The notes beneath the pieces are model-generated. The model worked only from the letters and a program-made list of their open reading frames with translations, had not been told where the DNA came from and ran no database searches. Both the position numbers and the translations under genes were made by a program. From a virus: a stretch of 64,000 nt of DNA. This document shows positions 29,938 through 39,977 of the stretch, piece by piece (positions within the stretch are counted from its first letter, which is position 1; each line of letters starts with the position of its first letter). The stretch covers positions 32,001 to 96,000 of the IMG/VR virus record IMGVR_UViG_3300032242_002636. The stretch is one strand, 5' to 3'.

Positions 29938-30658
29938 CTATTCTATCATGACAGAATAATCCATCACCTGTTATTACATTAAAATCTTGATTACTCCACC
30001 AAGATGTTGCTGCTGTTTCTATGTCTGTATTATCAATACAGAATTGAGGAATGATATGCTTCTTATAAAAGTCCCTTCTAAAGATACAGGGATTGTTTGT
30101 AAAGTTAGCATTGGCTGATTTGAATTTATACCATATAGGAGATTCACTTATCTTCTTACAGTATTCAGGAAAATCTAAATCGGGTGTATCTCTCCAGTGT
30201 GTACATTCTGCCAAATGAGTCATGCATCTGTGTTCTTGACCAGTAAACCAAGATGAATACAAAGGATTACCGGGATTTTTTCTATGTCTGAGTCTTGCAA
30301 CATCCGCTATTTCATTGTTTATTAATTCTGTTCCTGTTTTTAAAATATCTATTACTTTCTGTTTATCTTTTTCTATGAGAAAAAAATCATCTTCCAATAA
30401 AAGAATATTATTAGATATACAATTTTCTACAAGCCATTTAAAACCAGCGGCTATCCATTTATTACTATCTGCTACATAAGTTTCTACATTAAAATCCTTG
30501 AGAACATCAACAGTCTCTTTTACTAAAGAAGAAGGATTAACATATACACTAATCTGTTTGAATTCTTCATTAATACCCTTTTCAAAAATACTGTTTAATG
30601 TATTTCTAAGAGTATTTGGAGCATTATAAGTTAAAATTCCTAAAGTTAAATCATTCAT
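29927..30658 (-). CDS. GT-A (GT2-like) glycosyltransferase
   Basis: LGILTYN, LLLEDDF and FTNNPCIFR motifs. Confidence 0.75.
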   Translation of the reverse strand: MNDLTLGILTYNAPNTLRNTLNSIFEKGINEEFKQISVYVNPSSLVKETVDVLKDFNVETYVADSNKWIAAGFKWLVENCISNNILLLEDDFFLIEKDKQKVIDILKTGTELINNEIADVARLRHRKNPGNPLYSSWFTGQEHRCMTHLAECTHWRDTPDLDFPEYCKKISESPIWYKFKSANANFTNNPCIFRRDFYKKHIIPQFCIDNTDIETAATSWWSNQDFNVITGDGLFCHDRIDGK

Positions 30659-31914
30659 AGAGGTGTTGTAGTGATATCGTCATTATAGATATATGTATGA
30701 ATGACTTTATCTATATGATACTCTGTTTTAGCCTCTTTTGCAAGTTGTTCTGCCCAAAACCAATCTTCTGAATAGTTCTTATCACTAAAAGTATATTTTT
30801 TTCCTAATTCAGATTTCCATGCACATACATGGAAAGGAACTCTGTTAATATATCCATCGGGATAATACTCTTCATTAATTTTATTGTTAAGAGAAAAGTT
30901 TATAACCGATACTGGTTTGTCATTTACATAGCAATATTGTTTGAACGTAACAACATCAGGATTATGTTTTATTCCTTCTAGGAGTGAATCTACATAATCA
31001 TCAGATATATCATCATCATCATCTACGAATGCCATGTATCTTCCGTTAGCCATCTGAACCAATGTTTCTCTTTTGGCTCCTATACTTCTCTTCCTATTAT
31101 CAAGGAAAACAAGATGCTCTACTTTTTTATCTCCTATTTGGTTTTTTATCTTCTCTATCAGTTTTTTAAGATGGGAATCTACTCTTTCGTAAACAGAAGG
31201 TGTTAATATAGAAAGCAAAGGTTTATTCAAATCAAGATCAAATTTTCTTTCTTTTCTTTTCTCGTAGGTTTCTCTGTCTATGTTAAAATAAGATTCGTTT
31301 CTAATATATAACTCATCATAATTTGTCTTTTGATAGACAGGATGTTGATGTTCAATGATGACTTTATCAGAACGATAAACCTTTTTAAGCTGAATGGAAA
31401 CATCGGTGAATTCGTTGTCACACCAGAGACTGATATAATCTGGATGGTAGATATAACCAAAGTGGTCATAGTATTTTTTACCTAAAATACAAAGAGTATT
31501 GATATTGTTCTGTCCACCATCGCTATACCAGAGAACTCCATCGGTATCTCTAAAGTATTCATTCATATCCTTTCGGATAATGTCATCATATCCTTTTATT
31601 ACAGGAATCATGTCATCGGATGCTAGTAAAACTATATCCCAACCATTAATTTTTTCCATATCAGCATTAATGGCTTGCATCTTTGTTTTACTATTACCAA
31701 AGAAGTATGCAATCTTATATTTCTCTTTGTATGAATCTAATCTACTTCTAATAATAAGATTGTTCATACTAGAATCATCATCATCCAATGAAATCAGAAA
31801 GGCTATCTTCGATGGATCGGTAGCCATTTCAATATATCTATTCAATACATTAAAAAACTTTTCTGGTCTTCCTCTAGTTGGAAACTTAATTAATATTTTT
31901 AAATTCTTATGCAT
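30655..31914 (-). CDS. Two-domain GT-A glycosyltransferase
   Basis: Domain 1 has PTRGRP..LASDDM..WCDNEF. Domain 2 has SILTP..IGAKR..FVDDDDD..SEDW. Confidence 0.85.
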   Translation of the reverse strand: MHKNLKILIKFPTRGRPEKFFNVLNRYIEMATDPSKIAFLISLDDDDSSMNNLIIRSRLDSYKEKYKIAYFFGNSKTKMQAINADMEKINGWDIVLLASDDMIPVIKGYDDIIRKDMNEYFRDTDGVLWYSDGGQNNINTLCILGKKYYDHFGYIYHPDYISLWCDNEFTDVSIQLKKVYRSDKVIIEHQHPVYQKTNYDELYIRNESYFNIDRETYEKRKERKFDLDLNKPLLSILTPSVYERVDSHLKKLIEKIKNQIGDKKVEHLVFLDNRKRSIGAKRETLVQMANGRYMAFVDDDDDISDDYVDSLLEGIKHNPDVVTFKQYCYVNDKPVSVINFSLNNKINEEYYPDGYINRVPFHVCAWKSELGKKYTFSDKNYSEDWFWAEQLAKEAKTEYHIDKVIHTYIYNDDITTTPL

Positions 31915-31917
31915 ATT

Positions 31918-32460
31918 TTAACCTCCTGATGGATAGTAGTAGTAAATTGGTCCTTTAATATAGACTTCTGTTTTTAATTTTCCTTTGAGTGCTTCAGAAA
32001 AAGCTTTATCTTCTTGCCAAGATTTGTCTGGAAACATTGTATCAAGTGCTATTTCTCTTTTGATAGGATTTAAATGATTAGGACAACGATAATAAATGTC
32101 ATCATTTTCAAACCAATCTTGATATTGAATGGAATGTATGAACTTTTTAGGTCCAATATTCCTTAAAGTTATAATACCTTCTATACCACAACAATCAGGA
32201 TTTGACTTGAGGGCTTCCAGAATTCCAAAGGTATAGAAAGGGGAAACCATATCGTCATCATCAACGAATACTACATAGTCTCCCTTTGCTGCTTGTAAGA
32301 GTTCGTTTCTTTTTTGACCAATAGATTTTGATCCATTATCACTATTAGCAAGCATTTCTACTTCACCATTAGACTGTGCTCTGAGTACTCTTGCTAAATT
32401 TTGAAATACATCTTTTCTACTGTCTACTGTAACTGTTAATATAGATAATTTTTTACTCAT
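31918..32460 (-). CDS. Minimal GT-A (GT2-like) glycosyltransferase
   Basis: LSILTVT, IGQKRNELLQAAKGDYVVFVDDDD and WQED motifs. Confidence 0.85.
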   Translation of the reverse strand: MSKKLSILTVTVDSRKDVFQNLARVLRAQSNGEVEMLANSDNGSKSIGQKRNELLQAAKGDYVVFVDDDDMVSPFYTFGILEALKSNPDCCGIEGIITLRNIGPKKFIHSIQYQDWFENDDIYYRCPNHLNPIKREIALDTMFPDKSWQEDKAFSEALKGKLKTEVYIKGPIYYYYPSGG

Positions 32461-33461
32461 TTTAAAAATACATTCTCAAAGGTTTTTATGACTTTATCTG
32501 GTGTATATGCTCTGTAGGCATTATAATCAAAATCATCTACTATTTTATAGTCGAGTAGCAATTTTTCTAGGTCTTTTTGATTATTATATAATACTCCTTT
32601 ATCTCCAAGCATCTCTATATGAGCCTTTTCACGAGAACCAGACCATGTAAGAACAGGTTTATTACAAGAAGAGAACTCTGCGATTGCCATTCCAAAAGTT
32701 TCTCCTCTTTCACGAGCATGTATCATGGCATTACAGGCTCCTATAAAGCTATATTTCTCCTTTAAATCTATTATAGGAGAGAAATAAATAACATTTGGAT
32801 GTTTAAAGAAACCTTTTGTATTACAAAATATAAAATAGATATTTGGTTCTTTATTAACTGTATTTTTGATGGCTTCATGTACAAAATCTATGTTGAATTC
32901 ATTGAAGCTTCCTATTCTACCAAATACCTTTGCATCTAATGGAATGTTATGCCTCTCTCTAAATTTATTCCCTAACTCATTAATATCAAATGTATTTTCC
33001 CTAACTATATGAGGAACAAAAGGAACACTTCCATTTGAACAGTGAGTGGACAACCATTGAGAAACAAACGCATATTTGTCTCCATGCACATGATTTGGAT
33101 GTTGTGGAAAAACTGCATGAATAATATTTGTTGCCTTTTCAGAAAGATATCCTTCTGGTTCACCTGATTTTATTTGATAAACATAATCTATTTTGTTTTC
33201 TATAATATAATCTTCTAAATCTTTTATATGGGTTCCCAACTTGGTAGGAAATCGGATTTGAACAGAATTAAAAGCATCATCTACAGCTTTTTTAAAAATA
33301 TCTTGAGACCAATGAGGTTCAAAGGAAGAATCAATCTTTTTATGAAAAGCCAAGAATGATTTATTACCTAGATACTTCTCATTTGCAAAGGCATAGTCTA
33401 GTAAAGCTCTGGTAGAACCTGCTACTGTAAACAATCCCTCATAGAAAAGAATATTAGCCAT
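32457..33461 (-). CDS. GT-B (GT4-like) glycosyltransferase
   Basis: HARERGETFGMAIAEF..NKPV nucleotide-sugar motif (E-x7-E). Confidence 0.85.
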   Translation of the reverse strand: MANILFYEGLFTVAGSTRALLDYAFANEKYLGNKSFLAFHKKIDSSFEPHWSQDIFKKAVDDAFNSVQIRFPTKLGTHIKDLEDYIIENKIDYVYQIKSGEPEGYLSEKATNIIHAVFPQHPNHVHGDKYAFVSQWLSTHCSNGSVPFVPHIVRENTFDINELGNKFRERHNIPLDAKVFGRIGSFNEFNIDFVHEAIKNTVNKEPNIYFIFCNTKGFFKHPNVIYFSPIIDLKEKYSFIGACNAMIHARERGETFGMAIAEFSSCNKPVLTWSGSREKAHIEMLGDKGVLYNNQKDLEKLLLDYKIVDDFDYNAYRAYTPDKVIKTFENVFLK

Positions 33462-33464
33462 AAA

Positions 33465-34946
33465 TTAAAAAATTACTGAAATGTATTTCACTCCATCTTT
33501 AACTTCCTCTGAAAAACTTTCTATCATTTCCAAGCAATTTGATAGACCATCTTTCTTGTGATAGTTTTTACCTAGTTTTCCATTGACAAATGCCCTGAAT
33601 CTATCACCATTCTTTAGGTGTAGATTGTTTTCTACCTGATTTGTCAATCTATGTTGGTGGGGAACACTATAAAAACGTCCATATGGGCTTTTATAGGGCT
33701 TTAAAGACTCTTTCTCACACCTTGCATAGAGGTCATCATCTTCTTTTCCCCAACCATTGAACTCATTACTATATCCATTTACCTGTTTGTAATGTTCATT
33801 GGTGAATAAAACAACTCCACCCATGATTTTATCAGGGATATTAATATAATTAAACTGACTGCAATGACTACTCATGTGAGTAGGTAAGGCTGGATAGCTA
33901 TAATCAGCAAATTCTGGCAAAAGATCGACATCATGAAAACAAATATAATCAGAATCCTTAGCAGAAGCAGCAAATCCCACATTATTAAGCAATCCTTTGT
34001 TGAAAGGTTTGTCATTTTGTTGTTCAACTACAATTATCTCAAAGTTTTCTACCTGCTTTGATACATATTCTTTTAATTTAGGTAATAAAAGTCTACGAGC
34101 AGTCTCTCTATTTCTATATGGAATAATAATTGAGAGTTTTTTTCCTTTATTGACTAGTTTTTTCCTGCTATAGTTTGTTTGAAGGTGTATTAAACACTCA
34201 TGCAACTGTTGAGCAGTAGGTTCTGGTACATCTATTGTAAAATGTCCCCACTTTTTGATAAAGTACTCGGTAGATTTTGCTACATTTTTTTTATACATAG
34301 GTTTATTGGTAATAGATGAGTTGTCATTACTACCTTCTATGTCTGTTAGATACTTTTCACTGTCTAAAATATCAGGAAAGAACCAAAAACAAGGTGCTAC
34401 TCCCTTTCTAGTAAGGTTATAAGCGAAATCTACATGCTCAAAGGCATTCATGTACTGTTCATCAAAGTATCCTAGCTTTTTAACAAGACTAGCATTGATA
34501 TACATGAAGGCTCCTTGTGGATTATGGTAAAATCCTATCTTAACACCATCAGGTTGTTCTAATACGAACTTTAAAGTCTGTTCATTACCAGCAATTTTTT
34601 CAAAACATAGGTGATGTATACCTGTGGACTGAGCAGCTTTTATATATTGTTGAAATATACTGGTATCTTTGATTAGAATATCATCTTCAATCAAGAAGAT
34701 ATGCTCCACATCACGCTTTATAAGCTCAAATATAGCCTTGTTTTTTGATTTGGATACACCCAACTGCTTGTCATTGTGGATAACAACATCGCCATCTTCA
34801 CTTTTTGCATAGTGATCGGTTCCATCATTTACAATAACAAGCTCATCTATCTCATTTCTTGGGATAGATGCTAAACATTTCTTATAATACTCAAAACGAT
34901 TGTAGGTTGTTATTCCTACTCCTATTTTACCGTATGTCTTTTCCAT
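33465..34946 (-). CDS. GT2-like + GT7 (beta-1,4-galactosyltransferase-like) fusion
   Basis: N-domain GITTYNR..FLIEDD. C-domain IIIPYRNR, FNKGLLNN, FHDVDL, GGV and NGYSNEFNGWGKEDDD. Confidence 0.88.
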   Translation of the reverse strand: MEKTYGKIGVGITTYNRFEYYKKCLASIPRNEIDELVIVNDGTDHYAKSEDGDVVIHNDKQLGVSKSKNKAIFELIKRDVEHIFLIEDDILIKDTSIFQQYIKAAQSTGIHHLCFEKIAGNEQTLKFVLEQPDGVKIGFYHNPQGAFMYINASLVKKLGYFDEQYMNAFEHVDFAYNLTRKGVAPCFWFFPDILDSEKYLTDIEGSNDNSSITNKPMYKKNVAKSTEYFIKKWGHFTIDVPEPTAQQLHECLIHLQTNYSRKKLVNKGKKLSIIIPYRNRETARRLLLPKLKEYVSKQVENFEIIVVEQQNDKPFNKGLLNNVGFAASAKDSDYICFHDVDLLPEFADYSYPALPTHMSSHCSQFNYINIPDKIMGGVVLFTNEHYKQVNGYSNEFNGWGKEDDDLYARCEKESLKPYKSPYGRFYSVPHQHRLTNQVENNLHLKNGDRFRAFVNGKLGKNYHKKDGLSNCLEMIESFSEEVKDGVKYISVIF

Positions 34947-35764
34947 ATTTCTTTTAGATTCTTTAATACTTCTTCTTCAGTATGATTGGTTTCGGTTGGA
35001 CCTCTACCATAAATTACTCCAAACTTATTCTTATCAACAAATCTGTCATGATTTTTGAAAAAATTATCCATGAAATCCTTTTCAGATCTTATTTTACTTT
35101 GTTGATGATCAGGAACTACGTCTTTTACACACTCATTAGCACCTTCTACATCAGCAAACCATCTAAAAGGTGGATGATAACCAGCTTTGATGATCTGATA
35201 TGTATGGTCAACATGCTCTAATGCATTATAAAACTGTTCATCCATCAATCCAACTTCATTTAATGTATCTATATGATAGTAACTGAGTGCTCCTAATACA
35301 TTAGGATAAAGAATAATCTTTGTTTCATCTGGATAATTAATTATTTTTCTATGAACAGGATATCCATTACCATCTGTGTTATGATTTCCATGTAAACCAA
35401 AGTTAAAATGCTTTATACCAGTAGATTTGTATGCATTTATGTATAGATTGAATACGTTTTTATCCAATATTTCTATATCATCTTCTACTAGGAAGATATG
35501 CTCACATCTACATTCAATCAAATACTTTAAGGCTTTGTTTTTAGCTACAGCAACTCCTTCTTTTCCTTTTGTCTTTATGTAATGAGTATTACCATCTTCT
35601 GTAAAGTCTATTAAATCTCTTACATTTGACTCTGATCCATCATCAACAACCACAAAGCTTGCATCATAGTTATATTCAAGAGACTTATAACTCTTTTTAA
35701 AGAATTCTGGTCTATCGCAGGTGATTAAACCTATACCTATCTTACTTGGTAATGGGTTTTGCAT
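34922..35764 (-). CDS. GT-A (GT2-like) glycosyltransferase
   Basis: GLITCDR, VVVDDGS, GVAVAKN, FLVEDD and MDEQFYNALEHVD motifs. Confidence 0.85.
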   Translation of the reverse strand: MQNPLPSKIGIGLITCDRPEFFKKSYKSLEYNYDASFVVVDDGSESNVRDLIDFTEDGNTHYIKTKGKEGVAVAKNKALKYLIECRCEHIFLVEDDIEILDKNVFNLYINAYKSTGIKHFNFGLHGNHNTDGNGYPVHRKIINYPDETKIILYPNVLGALSYYHIDTLNEVGLMDEQFYNALEHVDHTYQIIKAGYHPPFRWFADVEGANECVKDVVPDHQQSKIRSEKDFMDNFFKNHDRFVDKNKFGVIYGRGPTETNHTEEEVLKNLKEIWKRHTVK

Positions 35765-36503
35765 AATTTTTCTGTAAAGTCTCTAAGAAGGAAAGTAATT
35801 GCTCCTGTGTAATGCCAGCAGGATCGTTCTGACCGGGGATATACTTGTGATTGTGTACAAAATATCCATAGGAAAGACCTACACTACGATGCATATCAGG
35901 GAAATCTTTGAATCCGATCTTTTTAATTGGATGATATGACTTCTTCATACCTTCACCAATGGTGGGATGATAGTGACTAGGAGGATATACTCCTTTCTTT
36001 CTGAGCTTTAGGACATAATCCATCACATCCAAGTCCTTTGTGTTGAAATATCTTTCATCAAAGTAACCGTTATTGGTTACAATACTAGAAAGGATGAACA
36101 TGAATTCGCTATTAAGCTCTGGAGAAGCATGTAAAGTGACTCCACTCTCTTCATCTTCCAGAGGTAAACTGTTTTTACCATCTCCCATGACAACCCAAGT
36201 ACCAAAGACTTCTCCTAGTCTTATGGTATTCTCAAATATCTTTGGATCATCTACTATTTGATTTGAATGTAACAAGAAAAGATATTTGTATTCATTCAGT
36301 CTCATCTGTGACAAGAGCCAATTCCTAAGAGTAGCCATAGGAACATCACCATACTTCCTATAGTTTTCATTTACCATAATGTTATTCGTAGCAGAAGCAA
36401 CAAAAACATTATGTTTTAACTCTTCTGGTATAGAAGCATAACAAACCTCAAGGTCTTCCTGTTCGTATATATCAATAATTCCTATTCCTATTTTGTCGTT
36501 CAT
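35742..36503 (-). CDS. Degenerate GT2-like paralog lacking the DxD motif
   Basis: Aligns by eye with the two downstream paralogs (KIGIGI.., GYFDERY, KGVYPP) but has FLLHSNQ where they have FLxEDD. Confidence 0.6.
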   Translation of the reverse strand: MNDKIGIGIIDIYEQEDLEVCYASIPEELKHNVFVASATNNIMVNENYRKYGDVPMATLRNWLLSQMRLNEYKYLFLLHSNQIVDDPKIFENTIRLGEVFGTWVVMGDGKNSLPLEDEESGVTLHASPELNSEFMFILSSIVTNNGYFDERYFNTKDLDVMDYVLKLRKKGVYPPSHYHPTIGEGMKKSYHPIKKIGFKDFPDMHRSVGLSYGYFVHNHKYIPGQNDPAGITQEQLLSFLETLQKNYAKPITK

Positions 36504-37555
36504 AATGTTAATTCTTTATATGTGTTGGTTAGATACTCTATCACATCTTCTTTATGCTGAACGTCTATTGAGTTCACAAAATCTTCGATGTTTTTTTCAA
36601 TATCTATTAAATTATAATCCACCTTTGAAGAATTTTCAATTAAATCTGTGTTAATTGATTTATAATCAATTCTAAAAAACTTGGGAGCAAGGTTTTGTAG
36701 TTTGGCGGTTAATAAAGTTATCTTATCATTGGTTATCTCTTCGTCTACGATAAAAGATACCATGTTGTTAGGCACATTCTCCTTTAAAAAATCAGCATCT
36801 TGCTTCTTATTTCTCAAATGACTCAGGTAAACCTTTATATGTTTAGGAGATATTTTATTTTCTATGAATTCTAACTTCTCTGATTCTATATCCAGTATAT
36901 AAACACCTCTTACCTGATCAACATCACCAAAATTCTGTTGATAAGGACTTCCTACATAAACAATCTTTCCGTTTTTATATGATCTCTCATCTTTGCTGTG
37001 AAAGTGTCCAGAGATAATAAAAGATGACTTCTTTAAAAGGTTAGAAGATTCTATACCATGATCACAGACTTTAAAACTGTTCATATAGAAAGTCTGGATC
37101 TCAAAATGACCAAAACAAATATCTGCTTTTGGTATATCATCAATCTCCGTTCCCCAAGGAATAAGAGATATGGTCTTTTCACCTGCCTGTATGAGTAAAG
37201 GAGCCTTATCTACTACAACAATATTCTTCCATCCACCAAAAAGAGAAATGGAATTTACATCAGAACGATCTTTGTAATAACAATCGTGATTACCAGCTGA
37301 TATAAAAATCCTAAAGTCCTTTAAGATGTCAAAGAACTCATTAGCAGTAGCAAGAGTGTTTACGGATATTTCACTTCTGTTATGAAAGATATCACCGGGT
37401 ATGATGATATCGTTGATACCAGCTTTGGTATAGGTTTTAGAAACCCACTTAGCAAAATTCAATACGATATCATGCCAAGTAGAACTATCCTGACCTAATC
37501 CTATGTGAATATCAGAAAAAACTCCTATCTTTTTACTTTTTATAACACAACTCAT
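36500..37555 (-). CDS. Mre11/SbcD-like nuclease gp47
   Basis: SDIH, GDIF, GNHD, GHFE, SGHFH and YVGSPYQ motifs. Confidence 0.95.
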   Translation of the reverse strand: MSCVIKSKKIGVFSDIHIGLGQDSSTWHDIVLNFAKWVSKTYTKAGINDIIIPGDIFHNRSEISVNTLATANEFFDILKDFRIFISAGNHDCYYKDRSDVNSISLFGGWKNIVVVDKAPLLIQAGEKTISLIPWGTEIDDIPKADICFGHFEIQTFYMNSFKVCDHGIESSNLLKKSSFIISGHFHSKDERSYKNGKIVYVGSPYQQNFGDVDQVRGVYILDIESEKLEFIENKISPKHIKVYLSHLRNKKQDADFLKENVPNNMVSFIVDEEITNDKITLLTAKLQNLAPKFFRIDYKSINTDLIENSSKVDYNLIDIEKNIEDFVNSIDVQHKEDVIEYLTNTYKELTL

Positions 37556-38181
37556 TCGTCTTTCTTATACATCTTAGTTCTGTTATTTTTCATCATGTTG
37601 TTATAATTTTCAGAAAACATCATGTATTCATTCTGATACTTCTCATGTGTTTCATGAATATGCTTTTCCTTTTTAATTCTATTTCTGAAAGCATTAAATG
37701 CAATTCTAGTGAAATATGAAAAAGGATTAGTTCCTTTGGTATGATTATATTTCTTGGACATCAATGCTTTAAACATTCTAATGATTCCATCACCCACCAT
37801 CTCTTCACGATATGAATAATTAATAAAATTAGGGGCATAACTTAGTTTATGAGCAATCTTGCTTACCATCTCTGCTAATTCATTAGAAAGAATGCCTGAT
37901 TCATAATATTTCATAATCTGAGTATCAAACTCTTTAGGATCTACATAGAATTTGGTTTTATCAGCTTTCTTGCCTCTCTTTGGTTTTTCATTAACAACAA
38001 CTTCTTCAATTACTTCCTCTTCAATTAGGTCTTCATCAACCTCTTCTATAAGCTGCTCTTCAGGCTCTTCCATTTCTATGTCATCTAAACATAGTGCTTC
38101 AGCCTCTTCTTGGGAGTACTCAATTTTATCTTCGTTAAGAAGTGCCTTCTTATTACGATATTTCTTTTTCTGTGTAGTCAT
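37552..38181 (-). CDS. Late-transcription sigma factor gp55
   Basis: YVD..EF, IA.KLSY.PNFINYSYREEMVGDG and NPFSYFTRIAFNAF..RIKKEK motifs. Long acidic N-terminal extension. Confidence 0.93.
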   Translation of the reverse strand: MTTQKKKYRNKKALLNEDKIEYSQEEAEALCLDDIEMEEPEEQLIEEVDEDLIEEEVIEEVVVNEKPKRGKKADKTKFYVDPKEFDTQIMKYYESGILSNELAEMVSKIAHKLSYAPNFINYSYREEMVGDGIIRMFKALMSKKYNHTKGTNPFSYFTRIAFNAFRNRIKKEKHIHETHEKYQNEYMMFSENYNNMMKNNRTKMYKKDE

Positions 38182-39568
38182 AATTTTCTAAATTGTATAA
38201 TTTCTTGCGTTCATTTAAATGGAGTATACCATACTTTGTATTATCTGCAATATCAAATATATTAGCCATTGATTTAGTAGGATGTAAACGTAATGCTCTT
38301 CCTATTGATTGCATTATTTTAATCTTAGCTTTTCCAGCAGATGCAAATATAATATTATGTAAATTGGGAATGTTAATACCTGTGCTGAATATTTTTGATA
38401 TTGCTATTACGATAACATCATTTCTATCATTCATAAATGATCTTATCTTTTCTCTATCTTCAATATCAGTAGATCCTCTTATGAAATATATAGGTCTTTT
38501 ATTATCACAAGTCTTTGTTAAAATTTTTTCTACTATTTCTCCATGAGCAATACGATCAACCATTATTAAACTATTATTAGTTAATTTATTTGCTAGATTA
38601 CAAATAATTTGATTTCTCCTTTCGTTATTGATTAAGAAATCTAATTCATTCTCATAAGCAGAACTAGGAGTTCCAACAATTGCGGTGCTTGGTTTTGTTT
38701 GATGTTTAACTTTGAGAACTATTACTTTAAAGTTTGAAATATATGACTGATCTTTTAAAGTTTCAGTTTTCTGTTCAAAGGTTATTGGACCTAATTTACC
38801 AATTATATTCCATTGATCTATTTTAGAAGTTGGCATGGTTCCAGTAAATCCAAACTTATGAGGAGTTTGTACAAATTTTAAAACTTTGTTTATTTCATTA
38901 CCTCGTTTAAGTGAATGACACTCATCTACTAATAATATTTTTACATCAGCTAATATAGAAAGATCAGTCTTCTCACTCATTAACATTTGAGTACCTGCTA
39001 CTATGATTTTAGCAGAATGATCTAATTTGTTATTACCAGACCATTTTGCTACATCTTTTAGACCATAAGAGATAAAATCATTAGCAGTCTGCTCTACAAG
39101 CTGAATCGATGGAACGGTTACAAGAACCAAAGCATCAGGATCGTTTAAATTTTGTCTTATGCTTTCAATTAATCCTGCACAGATAAGAGTTTTACCACCT
39201 GCCGTAGGAATTATGGTGATTCCTCTGCCTTGTTGAATTGCGGCTATGATAGATTTCTCCTGATAATCTCTAAAAGGAAGATTCAATGTCTTCACATTAG
39301 GTTCATTAAAACCACAGGAGAATTCTCTTATCAATTCCTTTGAAACATTATATGTATAATGAGAATTTTCTATAAAACAAATAATATCACCTGTCATTCC
39401 TACTTCAAACTTTCCTCTAGGTGTTATTGAATATAAACGACTAGGAATATAAGGAACATTTTTCCTGTAAGCAGGATTTGCTATAGAAAAATGCTCTCTA
39501 ATAAGATTTAGAGTATCCGAATCAGCTGTTACCTGACCTTGTGTTTTTGTTAAAGACAGTTCTATCAT
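38153..39568 (-). CDS. uvsW: UvsW SF2 DNA helicase
   Basis: RDYQ, PTAGGKT, DECH, GFTGT, FSTGINIPNLH and QSIGRALR motifs. Confidence 0.93.
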   Translation of the reverse strand: MIELSLTKTQGQVTADSDTLNLIREHFSIANPAYRKNVPYIPSRLYSITPRGKFEVGMTGDIICFIENSHYTYNVSKELIREFSCGFNEPNVKTLNLPFRDYQEKSIIAAIQQGRGITIIPTAGGKTLICAGLIESIRQNLNDPDALVLVTVPSIQLVEQTANDFISYGLKDVAKWSGNNKLDHSAKIIVAGTQMLMSEKTDLSILADVKILLVDECHSLKRGNEINKVLKFVQTPHKFGFTGTMPTSKIDQWNIIGKLGPITFEQKTETLKDQSYISNFKVIVLKVKHQTKPSTAIVGTPSSAYENELDFLINNERRNQIICNLANKLTNNSLIMVDRIAHGEIVEKILTKTCDNKRPIYFIRGSTDIEDREKIRSFMNDRNDVIVIAISKIFSTGINIPNLHNIIFASAGKAKIKIMQSIGRALRLHPTKSMANIFDIADNTKYGILHLNERKKLYNLENYDYTEKEIS

Positions 39569-39966
39569 TATGTAGTTTCTAATTTATTAATTTCTACGAT
39601 ATTTTTCATATCATAGGTCATGCTTCTGAAGATAGTCTCTATTTTTTCAAAATACTCTATCAAGACTTCGGTATCTTGTATTTCTTCTTCTATCTTTAAC
39701 ATTTCTTCAGAACCATCTATCTTTTTATCCAAAGCAGACTTAGGAATTCCTGTTGGTAATCCTTTTTTTTCTAAAGTTTCCAATACTCCTGCTCTTAATG
39801 ATTTCTTTTTTCTATTAAGAGAATTGAGTTTTCTTTTCTGATCCATCAACCTAGCAACCCACTTATGTTTAATTGCAGGAAGCATCATTTGCTTCTCTAA
39901 TAAATTAATTTGGTCGATTTTTGTATCTTCCTGCAATTCTTCTTTGAATTCTTCTAAACAGACCAT
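39568..39966 (-). CDS. uvsY: Recombination mediator UvsY
   Basis: EDTKIDQINL..PAIKHKW helical protein directly upstream of uvsW. Confidence 0.78.
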   Translation of the reverse strand: MVCLEEFKEELQEDTKIDQINLLEKQMMLPAIKHKWVARLMDQKRKLNSLNRKKKSLRAGVLETLEKKGLPTGIPKSALDKKIDGSEEMLKIEEEIQDTEVLIEYFEKIETIFRSMTYDMKNIVEINKLETT

Positions 39967-39977
39967 AAGTATCTTAA

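Noticed and set aside
28302-36503. Bacterial O-antigen/capsule locus (host contamination or chimera)
   Set aside because: The genes overlap seamlessly with phage gp47 and gp46 and share the CCSGG Pro-Gly bias (30270, 35833). I saw no wzx/wzy or sugar-synthesis genes.
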